Virus genome (UHGV): UHGV-0268419
Source: a virus
Strand: one strand, 5' to 3'
DNA length: 48,249 nt
Position numbers and translations under genes: made by a program. Shown piece by piece: positions 35,989 through 47,800 of this stretch (position 1 is its first letter; the number at the start of each line of letters is the position of its first letter). The notes beneath the pieces were generated by a model, which worked only from the letters and a program-made list of their open reading frames with translations, did no database searches and was not told where the DNA came from.

Positions 35989-36684
35989 ATGATGAAATTC
36001 TCTCAGCCATGCAGCACCATCGTTAAGCAGTTTGCCCACGCGCAGGATATGTGCGTATCGCCGAAGAAGTCCAAGCAGAACCAGCACCTGAAAAACCACT
36101 ATGCGACCCTCGGAGACGTTGCGGCCGCCATCGGCCCGGCAATGGAAGACGCCGGGTTGATCATGATCCAGTCTCCGACGCACGAGGCCGGACAGGCTCC
36201 GAACGTGATGCTGATGGAGACGCGCATCATCCACGTTGCCACAGGCGAATGGCTGTCCGATATCTGCCAGATCCCGCTGGCGAAGAACGACGCCCAGGGC
36301 TTCGGCTCAACGCTTACCTACGCCCGCCGCTATGCCCGCGTTTCGATCTTCGGCCTCACCATGGATGACGACGATGGCAACAAATCAGTGCGTAGCGCAG
36401 CCGACTGCCGCCGCTCCATTGAAGCCGCGAAGGATAAGGACGAAGTCGACGCCATCTACCGCGCCGCGTGCGAGCTGTTCCGCAGCGACAAGGCATCACT
36501 GCGCATCGTCGAAGATGCCCGCGCCAGCAAGATCGTCGAGCTGAAAAACGCGGAGGCCCGACCGTTCAACCCCGGCAAGCCAGCCAATGCTAAACGCGGT
36601 AAGGCTACCGTCCAGGTTGCACCTGATGACGTTCAGCCGCAAGATGTACCGCCGCAGCTATCAGACGTCGAAGAAGATTTTTAA
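35989..36684 (+). CDS. erf: ERF-family single-strand annealing protein
   Basis: Erf signature GSTLTYARRYARVSIFGL; AAGGAG RBS. Confidence 0.8.
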   Translation: MMKFSQPCSTIVKQFAHAQDMCVSPKKSKQNQHLKNHYATLGDVAAAIGPAMEDAGLIMIQSPTHEAGQAPNVMLMETRIIHVATGEWLSDICQIPLAKNDAQGFGSTLTYARRYARVSIFGLTMDDDDGNKSVRSAADCRRSIEAAKDKDEVDAIYRAACELFRSDKASLRIVEDARASKIVELKNAEARPFNPGKPANAKRGKATVQVAPDDVQPQDVPPQLSDVEEDF

Positions 36685-36696
36685 GGAGCGCTATAA

Positions 36697-37191
36697 ATGG
36701 CAAGCCGTGGAGTTAACAAGGTGATCCTCGTGGGTCGCATCGGTCAGGATCCAGAAATTCGCTACATGCCGTCAGGCGGCGCGGTGGCTAACCTCACGAT
36801 CGCGACGTCAGAATCATGGCGCGATAAGCAGACCGGCGAAGTAAAGGAGCAAACGGAATGGCACCGCGTCGTCGTCTTCGGGAAGCTGGCTGAGATCGTC
36901 GGCGAGTACGTGAAGAAGGGTTCTCAGATCTACGTCGAAGGAAAGCTGCAAACACGAAAATGGACTGACAGCAACGGAGTCGAGAAATGGACGACAGAAG
37001 TGGTTCTGAACGGGCCTAACGCCGTTATGCAAATGTTAGGCGGTAAGAGCGAAGGCGGACAGCAGGGACAGGCGCAGGGACAGGCGCAGGGACAGCCGCG
37101 CACGCATTCCGGCCCAGCGCGCCAGCAGTCAAAACCACAGCAGCAGTCCAGCGAGCCGCCGATGGACTTTGATGACGATATCCCGTTCTGA
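36697..37191 (+). CDS. ssb: single-stranded DNA-binding protein
   Basis: OB-fold N-terminus, Gly/Gln-rich linker, C-terminal DFDDDIPF tail. Confidence 0.9.
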   Translation: MASRGVNKVILVGRIGQDPEIRYMPSGGAVANLTIATSESWRDKQTGEVKEQTEWHRVVVFGKLAEIVGEYVKKGSQIYVEGKLQTRKWTDSNGVEKWTTEVVLNGPNAVMQMLGGKSEGGQQGQAQGQAQGQPRTHSGPARQQSKPQQQSSEPPMDFDDDIPF

Positions 37192-37199
37192 GGTAGAAA

Positions 37200-37403
37200 A
37201 TGAACATCACACTGATTTTGAAAGAACACCGCGAGCGCGCTGGATTTTCCCAGCGTGGTCTGGCGAAAGCAGCAGGCATTGCGCAGTGCCGCGTATGCCG
37301 TTATGACAATGGCCGTGAGTTCCCGACCATTGAAACCATGATCCGCCTTGCGAAGCCCCTGGGCATCGAATGGCATGAACTCGTTAAAGTGGAGGGTGAA
37401 TAA
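37200..37403 (+). CDS. XRE/Cro-like HTH transcriptional regulator (67 aa)
   Basis: HTH SQRGLAKAAGIAQCRVCRYDNG. Confidence 0.6.
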   Translation: MNITLILKEHRERAGFSQRGLAKAAGIAQCRVCRYDNGREFPTIETMIRLAKPLGIEWHELVKVEGE

Positions 37404-37405
37404 CG

Positions 37406-37495
37406 TGTTTGACAAAATTAAACAGCCATTACTGGCAGCAGCGATCGGCCTCGTGTTGGGCTTCGTGATTAACGTGCTTTATCACGTGCTGTAAA
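37406..37495 (+). CDS. possible 29-aa hydrophobic peptide (GTG start)
   Basis: VFDKIKQPLLAAAIGLVLGFVINVLYHVL, preceded by GGAGGGTG. Too short to be in the ORF track. Confidence 0.2.
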
Positions 37496-37496
37496 G

Positions 37497-37524
37497 AAAG
37501 GGGCCGATGGCCCCTTTTTTTTAT
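37497..37524. terminator. bidirectional intrinsic terminator between the early-right operon and the tail fibre gene
   Basis: GGGGCC-gat-GGCCCC followed by TTTTTTTT; the T-run overlaps the fibre stop codon. Confidence 0.75.
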
Positions 37525-38783
37525 TCCCCTTTCAGCGCCCTCAACTCCTTCCGAAGCTCCTGCACCGAAGACACCAGGTCAGCGATGATTGCCACATAGT
37601 CCACGTTCATCACCCGGAACCTCTCGCCATCGATCTCCTGCTCGACGTCCTGATAGGTGTAGACCTCGTCTACGGTCTCCGCCTGCTGTGCGATAAAACC
37701 ACGCCTAACGCGCGTTTCTCCCTTGACCCTGTACTCACACACCCCCAAGCGTTCAATGCGCTCTGAGGCGTTCTCAGGCGCTTGGGTGAAGTCTGTTTTC
37801 AGGCGAACGTCTGAGCCGGTAGTTAGAACGTCGCCTTTGGGTGTGGAGATTGTCCCCCCTGAGCGGAATGACCATGCGTCTGTTCTCCCGAAGCCGTCCA
37901 TATACATGATAATCCTGTGTTCGGTTCCCACGTACTCTTCAACATAGAAACCGCCCCACGCCCCGTAGGTGTCACCGTTACCGCCGCGTCCGAGCATTCG
38001 AGATCGAATCCTCCCACCTGAAACCAACGAACCAATAGCAGGGGAGCCGAAGTCTGTTCTGTTGGACGAAAGATCGACGCCGCATTGCGTCCACCCTTTA
38101 ATGTCTGCCATACCAAAAACACGAAGATCCCTGTCAACTCGCAAATGACTACTTTGCACACTAATTTGATCGGCGGCAGTGGCTATAATCCGCCCGGTAA
38201 AGTCGTCTGTGCTGTAGTTAAAATGGAAGTCGATGTATGGCGATCCAAATGACAGCTCAATCGCCTGGGCATACAGCAGCCCCTTAGCCACTACATCCCC
38301 ACCAGTGGAAAGCGCCCCGGGTAGCGTGGTCTTCTTATCCGTTCCGATGGTCAAAATATCCTCGACCGTAGAAGACGGTGAGACTGTTGCTGTATTCGTG
38401 CGCTGGATCTTGAATGGCGTACCGCTACCGACGGCGATGGTGCCGCCCTGGCCGCTCTTTTTAAGCAGTGCAAGATCGCTGTTTTTCCCAAGGATCACCA
38501 TGCTGTTGTCGTTCATCACGTTGATGTTGCCGACAGAAACATTAATCCCGGCGCTGAACGTTTGCAGGGCCGTGAAGGTGTTCGCCGCTCCTCGTTGAGC
38601 TGCGGTATCCACTGAGCCGATCACCTTGTTCCATGAGCGCACTGTTGCGGTGGTTCCGTCCTGCTTGGTGATCTGCACGTCGCCAACGCCGAAGAAGATC
38701 TGATCCTGATTGGCGAGGTCTGTGTAGTATTTGCTGAATGCGTTGTGAATATCAGCCGCGAGTTGGTCGCTAATATTTGCCAT
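37521..38783 (-). CDS. tail fibre / tailspike with a C-terminal intramolecular chaperone (peptidase S74) domain
   Basis: C-terminal SDVRLKTDF...GFIAQQAETV...IIADLVSSVQELRKELRALKGE is an S74-type auto-cleaving chaperone. It has an N-terminal anchor and a beta-rich middle. Confidence 0.8.
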   Translation of the reverse strand: MANISDQLAADIHNAFSKYYTDLANQDQIFFGVGDVQITKQDGTTATVRSWNKVIGSVDTAAQRGAANTFTALQTFSAGINVSVGNINVMNDNSMVILGKNSDLALLKKSGQGGTIAVGSGTPFKIQRTNTATVSPSSTVEDILTIGTDKKTTLPGALSTGGDVVAKGLLYAQAIELSFGSPYIDFHFNYSTDDFTGRIIATAADQISVQSSHLRVDRDLRVFGMADIKGWTQCGVDLSSNRTDFGSPAIGSLVSGGRIRSRMLGRGGNGDTYGAWGGFYVEEYVGTEHRIIMYMDGFGRTDAWSFRSGGTISTPKGDVLTTGSDVRLKTDFTQAPENASERIERLGVCEYRVKGETRVRRGFIAQQAETVDEVYTYQDVEQEIDGERFRVMNVDYVAIIADLVSSVQELRKELRALKGE

Positions 38784-38810
38784 TTAATATCGGCCCCGAA
38801 GGGCCGCTCC

Positions 38811-41800
38811 TTATTGTCCAAAAGAACCGTTGTTGCTTCGGAATGCAGTCACAACAATATTGCTTACTGTGACCTCACTCTGCTGCGGCCCAAAACTTGC
38901 GCCAGTCAGCGAGATGCCGATTCGGTCGTTACTTGCTGGAATGTTAACGGTGAACGACTGCGGAACATCCACAAGGCCACGCGCTTTATCCCGCATATCA
39001 ACAACGACGCGTCTCGTACTCTGCACTCCGTTAATGTTGAATGTCAGAACCACATAGAAGTCACGGCTTTGGTCGCCTACCCCGCCAGAGTATGAATTGC
39101 ATCGCACAGTGCAGTTCAGCGTGATGGTCATCGGATACCCACGGTTCTGATACCATGCGTTCATAGTGCCAGAACCTTCACCGCCCTTGACAGTAAATCC
39201 GTTGAACGAAGCAGAAGTAGCAATATCGCCGATAAAAGACTCAGCTTGCACCGTTCCCTTGAAAATACCGCTGTTAGCCTCGACACGACCACGAACGATA
39301 ACGTTATTGAACTGCGAGCTGCCATCTTTACCGATGCGCCAGCCCTGAGAGCCATCGACAAAGTTGTTCGACTTGATTTCGTTTCCGATCTTCGCGTTGG
39401 TGATCGAGCCATCGCGGATCAGCGCTTCCTGCATGTACGCCACGCCGTTCTGCACAACGAACGGGAACGTCTTGTTACTGCCGCCAGCGTACACCGCGAA
39501 GGTGTCAGCCTGAACCAGGAACTGAGAAGAGCCACTCGCGTCGATGCCCAGCTGAATACCAGCAATGCGCGGGTTTCCGCCGCCGTTGTCAGTCTGAACT
39601 TTGACGCCCCACTGCGCCGACAGCTTGCCGTTGATATCCGCAACAGCCGTTGAAGTCTGCTGAACGGTGGAACTCATACCATCCACTGACGCCTTGATTG
39701 TGCCGATCTGCTGCGCCGTTGAAGACTCAAGATCCACCATTGCCTGGCTCGTCTGCGTGATGGCCGCCTGGTTGTCGCCGATCTGCGCACGCAGTTGCTG
39801 GAAGCCGTTCGCCATCGCCAGACCGTTAGCCGCTGTCGTCTCATTCAGGGCATTGACCGACGCTTCGGCTGTCCCCACCCGGCTCGTCAGCCCGGTAATG
39901 GCGGTCGTGTTCGCCGTAATGTCCTTGCCCTGCTGCGTCACCGTGGAGTTCAGCGAGGTGATGGCGGCCGCGTTCGCCTGGATCCCAGCGCCCCGACGGG
40001 TCACTACCGGGTTATACAGGCTGACGCGGGTCGTGGCGGCGTGGCTCCCCGCCTGGATGTAGGCGGTCGTACAGCCTGCCGGAACCGTGATGCCCGTCAG
40101 GGTGAAGCGATATTTCTCCCCGGCGGTCATGGTGCGGTTGGTGGCATACGCGGTCTGGTTGCTGACACTCGGGCCGTCGAAACGTAGCCCGACTGTTATC
40201 TCGCCTGCGATGTTGACCATTACCGACACCGCCAGATCCAGCGTCTCACCCGCCGTGACCGGGAATTTCCCCGACGTCGGGTTATAGCTCACCGTGGAGT
40301 ACACCGCCGGATAGCCGTCGATGGTCTCCGTCCCGGTCTTCGCCCAGCCCTGGCCATCGCCCAGCATTCCAGGGTTAGGCACCAGGTTGTCGCCGTAGGT
40401 GATGCTGTTCTGTAGACTGGTGATGCTCTGACCTTGCGAAGTGATGCTTCCCTCGGCAGACGTCACTCGGTTGGTTAGGGCGGTCAGCGCGGTCGCATTC
40501 GCCTTTTTGGCCACTTCCGCATTCGTGGCCGCCAGGTCGCCCTTCGTCGTGGACAGGTCGCTATTCAGCTTGGTAATCGCCTGACCCTGAGAGGTCAGTG
40601 TATTGCCCTGCTGGGTGACAGTCGATTGCAGGCTGGTGATCGCGTTGGAGTTCGCGATAGTACCGGCATTTCTGCGGGTAACTTTAATGTTATAGATCGT
40701 GAGGGTAATGGCGTTTCTGCTATAAGGTTGGAGATAGCCAGTTGTCGCGCCATCCGGGACAGTGATGGTTCCAGTTACGGATTTCTTCTCGCCAGCTGCA
40801 TAGTTTAACGGCTCCACGTAGACCGAGTTGTTCGTCATGCTCGGGCCATCGAAGCGAATACCCCATGCCATGCCGTTGATTGCGGCACCAGCCAGACAAA
40901 GAAGACTAAAGTCTAGAATGTCGCCAGGTGTTACGGAAAACTTAGGTGAAGTTGGAGACCATGCTGCCGTGTCGATCACAGCCGGATAACCGTCAACAGT
41001 TGTTGCATGACCACCCCAACCCTGAGCGTCATTCAGCATTGCGGAGTTCGGAACAATGTTGTCGCCCACCGTTAAAGTATTTTCTAACGACGTTACGCGA
41101 CTGCCCTGGCTCGCGATTTGGCCTTCTGTGGTGGTAACGCGCGTTTGCAGCGCGGTGACTGCGCTGGCGTCAGCCTTCTGACTCAGCGTGCCATTGATGG
41201 TGCTCACGTCACCGTTCAGCTTGGTGATCGCGTCTGCCTGAGATGTGATCTGCCCTTCTGCGGCGCTCACACGGCTGGTCAGGCTATTGATCGCGCTTGA
41301 GTTAGCGTCTGCTGTGGTCTGTGCTGCGTGCGCGTCGGTTACGTCGGTGATCACCAGATCGTCGATATAGATGCGATATCCAGGGCCTCCGGACGTGCCG
41401 CGAGTGGAGATCCACAGGCGACCTCGTGTTTTCTTTGCGCCGTCTAAGCCGAGCTTACCGGAGAACTTGACCCACTGACCGCGGCCGCCACCAGCAGCAA
41501 GCCCTGCCTCTGTAATGACGAATGCGCTAGGCCATGCGTTCTGGTTGGCTGTGTTGCGAACCATTAAGCCCACAACACAGTTCCACCCGTTCGGCGGCGT
41601 CTCATCTTCCGGCATCATCGCCCAGCATTCGAAGCGGTAAACCGCAGACTCGCGAATAGCTGTTTCATTGCCGAAAGTCTTGTCAGAGTTGCCGGATTCA
41701 CCGTTGGCGCGGCGACACATAAGCGACTTCTGACCACTGAATGAGAAGTCAGTAGTGACCAGTCCATTAGATCCGCCGATGGCTTGCTGGTTGTCATACG

Positions 41801-44800
41801 ACTCGAATGATCCATCTACCCACGGGTTGCTGTTGCTGTACTGAACAGTTTTAAGCGAGTTGTTCAGCTGGGTGATCGCGCTGCCCTGCGACGTGATGTC
41901 GTTACCCTGCTGGGTTACTTTCGTGTTCAGCGAGGTGATCGCGTCAGCGTTCGCCTGAATCTTGGTGTCGTTGGTGATGTCGACAACGTAGACGTCGTCG
42001 AAATACATCGCCCCAGCACTCAGTGCGGTAGTCAGCTGAAACAGCGCGTTGGTGGTCTTCGTAGCCGTCCAGTCCATGAAGACGTGTTGCCATTCAGACG
42101 TAAACGGGCCGTAATTCGTGCCAGCAAGAAGATTTCCTGATGCGTCAGCGATACGGAATTTCGTGTTGTTCGTATCGTTGATGACAGTACCGGCGTCCTG
42201 TTTGGTAAACACGCCGAAGCGGTAGCGGCGGCCCTGCGTGATCTCCACGGCCTGACTGATTCCAGCTCTTCCGCCTGCCGCCATCTTGACAATTTTGGTG
42301 CCAGAATGCGGCTGTGTTGCCGTGATGATGGTGGCAAGGCTGCTCCAGCCGGTGAAGTTAACCGGGCCGCGCTCAAACGATGAGTTAGCCAGCAGGTTTC
42401 CGGGGATCTTGCCCTGCGCGTCGATTGAGGCGTCAGTTGCAGACAGGCTATTGCTCAGCTGGGTGATCGACTGGCCCTGTGAATCGATCTTGCCTTCGGC
42501 AGTCGATACGCGGGTGGTAAGCGCGTTCAGCGCCGAAGCGTCAGCCTTATTGTTCACGATGCCGGTCAGCGTGCTCAGATCGCTGGTCAGTTTGGTGATG
42601 GCCTGACCCTGAGACGTGATCGACCCTTCCGCTGATGTGACACGGGTGGTCAGCTGGCTGATCGCTGTGGCGTTGGCGTCTGCCTTGCCCTCAGCAGTCG
42701 CCGCTGCGGTGACGTCGCGCACCTGCCAGTCGGTCGCATACCATACTGTCCCGAAGTTAGGGCCGTCCTGATTGATTTGCAGGAATGGACGGAAGTAACC
42801 CTTCGCACCCTGCGCCGCGTTTACTTTCCAGCGCCACGTGGTTCGCGTCCACTGCGCGCCGGTAGCCGCTGAGATTTGGCCTCCGTTCGCCAGTGGCGAC
42901 CCGATGCTGCCAGAAACCAGTGTCGACGTCCCGATGTAGTGCTGGAACGGTGCAGTGCCGGTGCCACACGCAGCCAGTACAGACAGCTCAAACACCTGAC
43001 CTTCGCGGCAAGGGATGTTATTCATTGCCGGGACGTGATCGCGGTACTGGCATTTAATCGCCCACGGGTAAGGGCATCCAGCCGGAACGCCTTCTGACGT
43101 TGTGGAGACAACGTTCATGCCCATTTGCGGATAGGCCGGGTCTACCGTCGGGTTCGGGATGAGGTTCGCCGCCTGAGTCAGTACGCCCTTGATCGATGAG
43201 TTGATCGAGGTGATGGACTCAGCCTGTGAGTCAATCTTCCCTTCGGCTGCACTGACCCTGGTCGTCAGGTTGTTGATCGCCGTTGAGTTAGCGGAGATCT
43301 TCCCGTTCGCTGTCGACAGGTCGCTGGTGAGCTGGGTAATTGCATTGCCATGAGCCGTGATCTTCCCTTCGGCGGTGGTGACGCGGGTGGTCAGCGACTG
43401 CAATGCGCTCGCGTCAGCTTTGTTGTTCAGCGCGGTGTTGATGTCCCGCACCGAGTTGTTCAGAGTGACGATAGCGGCACTGTTCGCGTCAACCTTCCCG
43501 GAGGTCTGCTCAACCTGAGAGGAGAGCACCTGGGAGGCTGATGCAGCGGCCAGCTGACCGGCACCACTGAACAGTTGATCGACGTTGTCGGACAGCTTGA
43601 GGCCAAAGTTGATATAGAACTGACCGGTGTACTGCGCAACAACGAATTCAAGCGTGTTCCAGCCTTTTTTGAGATCCATGCTGTAGGTGCTGGTGCTGGC
43701 AGAGAAGGAAGCCGCTTCCGTTCCATTGATGTACAGCCGTCCGGTGTCGTCAATGATGCGGGAACCGGGCGAGATAGCAATGGTCTTATCAGCCGCAACA
43801 TACACCAGCGCCTTCACATACGCGATTTTGTAGTCGCCGTAAGGCAGAAAATCCAGCTTTGCAGCGTCAGCCATCTCGTACACGGCCAGCGGCGGCACGC
43901 CTGCGAGATCTGTTAACTTCGGCACGTAGCCGGTATTAACCTTAATATCGAAGATCTTTGTCAGCCAGTACTTCGCTTTACCGTTCTGCGCGGTGTTCTG
44001 CAAATCGGTGATGGCCTGACCCTGCGAAGAGATGGCGTTCCCCTGCTGGGTGACAGTGGTCGCCAGCTGCTGCAATGCGCTCGCTTCGGCCTTGGTCGCC
44101 ATCTGACCCTGCAAAGTGCTCACGTCGCCTTTGAGCTGGGTGATCGCCTGGCTGTTGGTGCTGATGGTGCCTTCCGCCGCAGTAACGCGGGTGGTCAGGG
44201 CGTTAAGCGCCGTAGCGCTCGCGTTGGCGGTGTTGATGCTGCCCTGGACTTCGTCCGGGTTCGGCCCCCAGTCGGTTCCCCGGTTGCCCTCTTCCAGCTG
44301 GATTTTGTACAGCACGCAGCCGGTCGTCCGCTCCTTATCCTCACAGATAATGCGCAGCGTGTTCGGATTTTTGAACAGTACCGCCCCGGCCGCCACTGTA
44401 ACCGTCCCGCGATAGCGGAAATACTGGCCATCCTCCACGATGCTTCCGTCGCTCATGTAGAAGCGCTTGCTCCAGCTGTCACCGGTCGCGCTCGCGGCCC
44501 CAAGCACGGCGCTGGTGAACGGATCTTTCATGGTGTAATCGTTGGACTTCTTAAACCAGACTGACAGCGTGAAATAGGTGGTCGCACTGATGCTTTTCGC
44601 CTTCCACGTGTCCGGCACCTGGAAGTCATACGAGGTGAACGACGTCGCCGAAGACCGCATGGTGAGCGGGTTCAGTGTGCGGTCTGACCCCAGCAGGATG
44701 TTCTCTGCCCCGATCTTAATTTCCGTGACTGTGTTCTTTAGCGAGGTAATCGCCTGGCCCTGAGAGGTCAGCGTATTGCCCTGCTGGGTGACAGTCGATT

Positions 44801-47800
44801 GCAGGCTGGTGATCGCGTTGGAGTTCGCCGTGATCTTCCCGTTCGCGTCGGTCAGGCCGCTTTGAAGCTGGGTAAGTGCCTGCGCCTGAGACTGGTTCTC
44901 GCTGGTCAGCGTGTCGAGACGCTTGGTCACGGAGGCCTTGTTCGCGTTGTAGTCAGTGCGCAGGGTGTTGACGTCGCTGGCGATCGCCTGCTCTGCGGTG
45001 ACGCGGGTCTGGCGCTCGTTGAAGATGATGCCTGTCACCAGCTTGGACGGGTCGGTTCCCTCATAGTTCCCGCGAAGCTGTACGGCCAGCGTGTTACGCG
45101 CTGCGGCTTCGGCAGAGTCCGCAGAGGTCATGGCGGTGCGAAGATCCTGAATCTGCGCCTGTGAAGCGCCTGGGGTCGGTCGTCCTACTGCCAGCCAGTC
45201 GACGGCGTAGTAGTTATTGGCGTCCTGATTGTTTGAGAAGTCAAAGCGCAGGCGGCGCACGGTGCCGGATGTCGCCCACAGAAGATCTGGGATCGACAGG
45301 ACAGTGATCCCGGTGGCCGGGTCAAAGTCAGGTGCCGGAATGGCAATTGAGCGGCCACTTGTCCAGCCAGTCTCATCCACACCAATCCAATACAGCTTAC
45401 CAGCCCATGACGGGTTCCCGACTCGCTTCATGCGCAGGCGCATGTACTTATAGCTGCGCGCGTCGATTGCCAGCGGGTTAGGTGAGCGCATGGTGGATGC
45501 TGCGCCAGCAGGGTAAATCCAGCCATCTTGGTCGACGGTGAGCAGATTGGTGTTGGCGTCGTCAGAAGCCCACCCTTCCGGGCCGTTGTCGAAATACCAG
45601 ATAGCGAGGCTGTCGAACTGCTCGCCAGTACCAGCGGAAATGGATGCCATCTGCTGCGCCAGGCTGTCGAAGCCGTCCTGCATCGTGGTATTGGTGGTGC
45701 TGATCTGCGCTTCGACTTCGTTTTTTGTCGCCAGCAGGTTAGCCGCAGCCTGAGCTGCCACTTCTGCGTCATCCGTCTCAGCCTTCGCGATAGCGTCGGC
45801 CACGTCCTGAGCTGCCTTGTTGGCGTTCGCGATGTCGCCAGCCTTGCGGTCAAGGATCTCCTGAGCGATTGCACTGGCGTTTGCCGCCCCCGCGTTAGCG
45901 GTGGTGGTGATGGCCTGCGCGTTCTTCTGGATCTCGGCCAGCTGGTTGTTCAGCTGCTGCTGCTGCTGCTGGTTGGTTGTCACTGCTCCGTCAGCAGTAA
46001 CCTGCGCGGCCTGCGCGGCGTCTTTCGCTGCCTGTGCGCTGTCGCTTACGTCTTTGATGCCGCTGGTAAGTTCGCCGTAGGTGTCGGAGCCTTTGATCGC
46101 GTCGTCGATGTTCTGGTAATAGTCGTCCATGTTGTCGGACGTCATCGCCATGACCGGGGCGCTCCACTCGCCAGCATCGCTATATGACGACACAAAGCGG
46201 GCGCGCACCTGCACGCGTTCGGAAAATTTCAGGCCGGACTGTGTGAACGTCCCGGTCGGGTAGGTCACGACGCTGAGATCGATCCACCCACCAACCGGAG
46301 CACCATTGCCGTCAATGCGCTGGAACTGTAGCTCTGTCGACTTCATGTCGATCAGATCATCCGTGCCAGTCACCCAACGCCAGGTAATACCGTTAACGAT
46401 GCCTACGCCGTTCAGGCCAGCTACTGCCGGGATGCTGCCGCGCTTGCCGTCAACGAACACCTGATTCGACTCGACCCACTGAGACGACCCGCCGTCACGG
46501 GATACGGAACGAACGCGGAACTGATAGGTGCCGGTCAGAACGTTGGTCAGGTCTACGGACGTGCTCGACTGGCTGGCAAGGTTAGTCCACCCCTGTGACC
46601 ACTGGCCGTTTGACTGAGAGGTTCGGCGCACCTGAATGTCGTAGCTGACGGCCTGACCTACGGTGAACCATGAACAGTTTACGTTAGCTGAGCGAATCCC
46701 CTGGTTAACGATACTGTAGCCTTCGGCCACCACGTTAGCGGGTGCCTGTACCTGACCGGTCGGGATCAGCGATGTCGGGCGGTCTTCAATTCGCGCGCCG
46801 GTGTCAACCTGCAAATACTTCGAGTGGCTGTATTGCAGACCGGTAACGGTGAAATTATTGTCCTGCTCGTTGTAGGTGATCTTGGTGATGCGGATTAGTT
46901 CCGGTGCCAGTACCTTAGTATCCAGCAGGAACACTTCACCGCTCTGAATATCAAGGTTAGCGCCGTCGACGGTGAAGGACATCCGGTCAGCCGCGATTGC
47001 ATTGATCACGCGGTTGTAGGTTCCATCCGATCCAGCTTGACGAACGATCACTCTGTCGCCGATTGCCACGTGGTCGGAGATCATACGGTCGGAGGTAATG
47101 GTGGTGCCGGATGCGCCAGCAACACGCCCGCCGAACTGACCGCCCTGCACGTAGCGGTTAGCGATGCCGACGACGTCGCCGATCAGGTACTTGATGCCGC
47201 TCAGGCCGACGCGGTAGCTGATCTGCATGTCGTTGGTATTCGACAGCAGCGCCCACAGGCCGCGACGTTGCGCTTCGTATTCGTCCGTGCAGCCGATGCC
47301 GGACACTTCCAGCGGCTCAACGCCATAGCGCTCCACGAGGTCTTTGATCTGCGCCACAGTGGTCTGCGTCTTATAGTGCGCCTTCGGGTCGTCAAAAGTG
47401 ACCATCGCGATCCCGCGACGGTTAGCCATGCTGCCGTAGGAATATTCGAACGTCCCGTTCACGACGTCGTCGTTTGTCACAACATGGCGGACTTCTGCCG
47501 GTGCATCCTGCGCGAACTGCAATTGCATATTGCTGTAGCTGACCATTCCGTTAAAGATCGACGCCAGGTCACGGATGACGATCCACGCATGCTCGCGTTT
47601 CTGGATATACACGTTACAGGTGTAACGGCGGTTCTGCGTGCCGTCGGCGTTCGTCACCAGCTCATCGCAGCGCTGTGCGATGCTGTACATCGTCCATTTG
47701 TTCAGGAATGAGGACGGGATACGGCGGCCAATACCGAAGCGCTTGTGCAGAATGATGTCGTAGACGATCCACGCCGGGTTATCCGTCCACGCCTGTTTAA

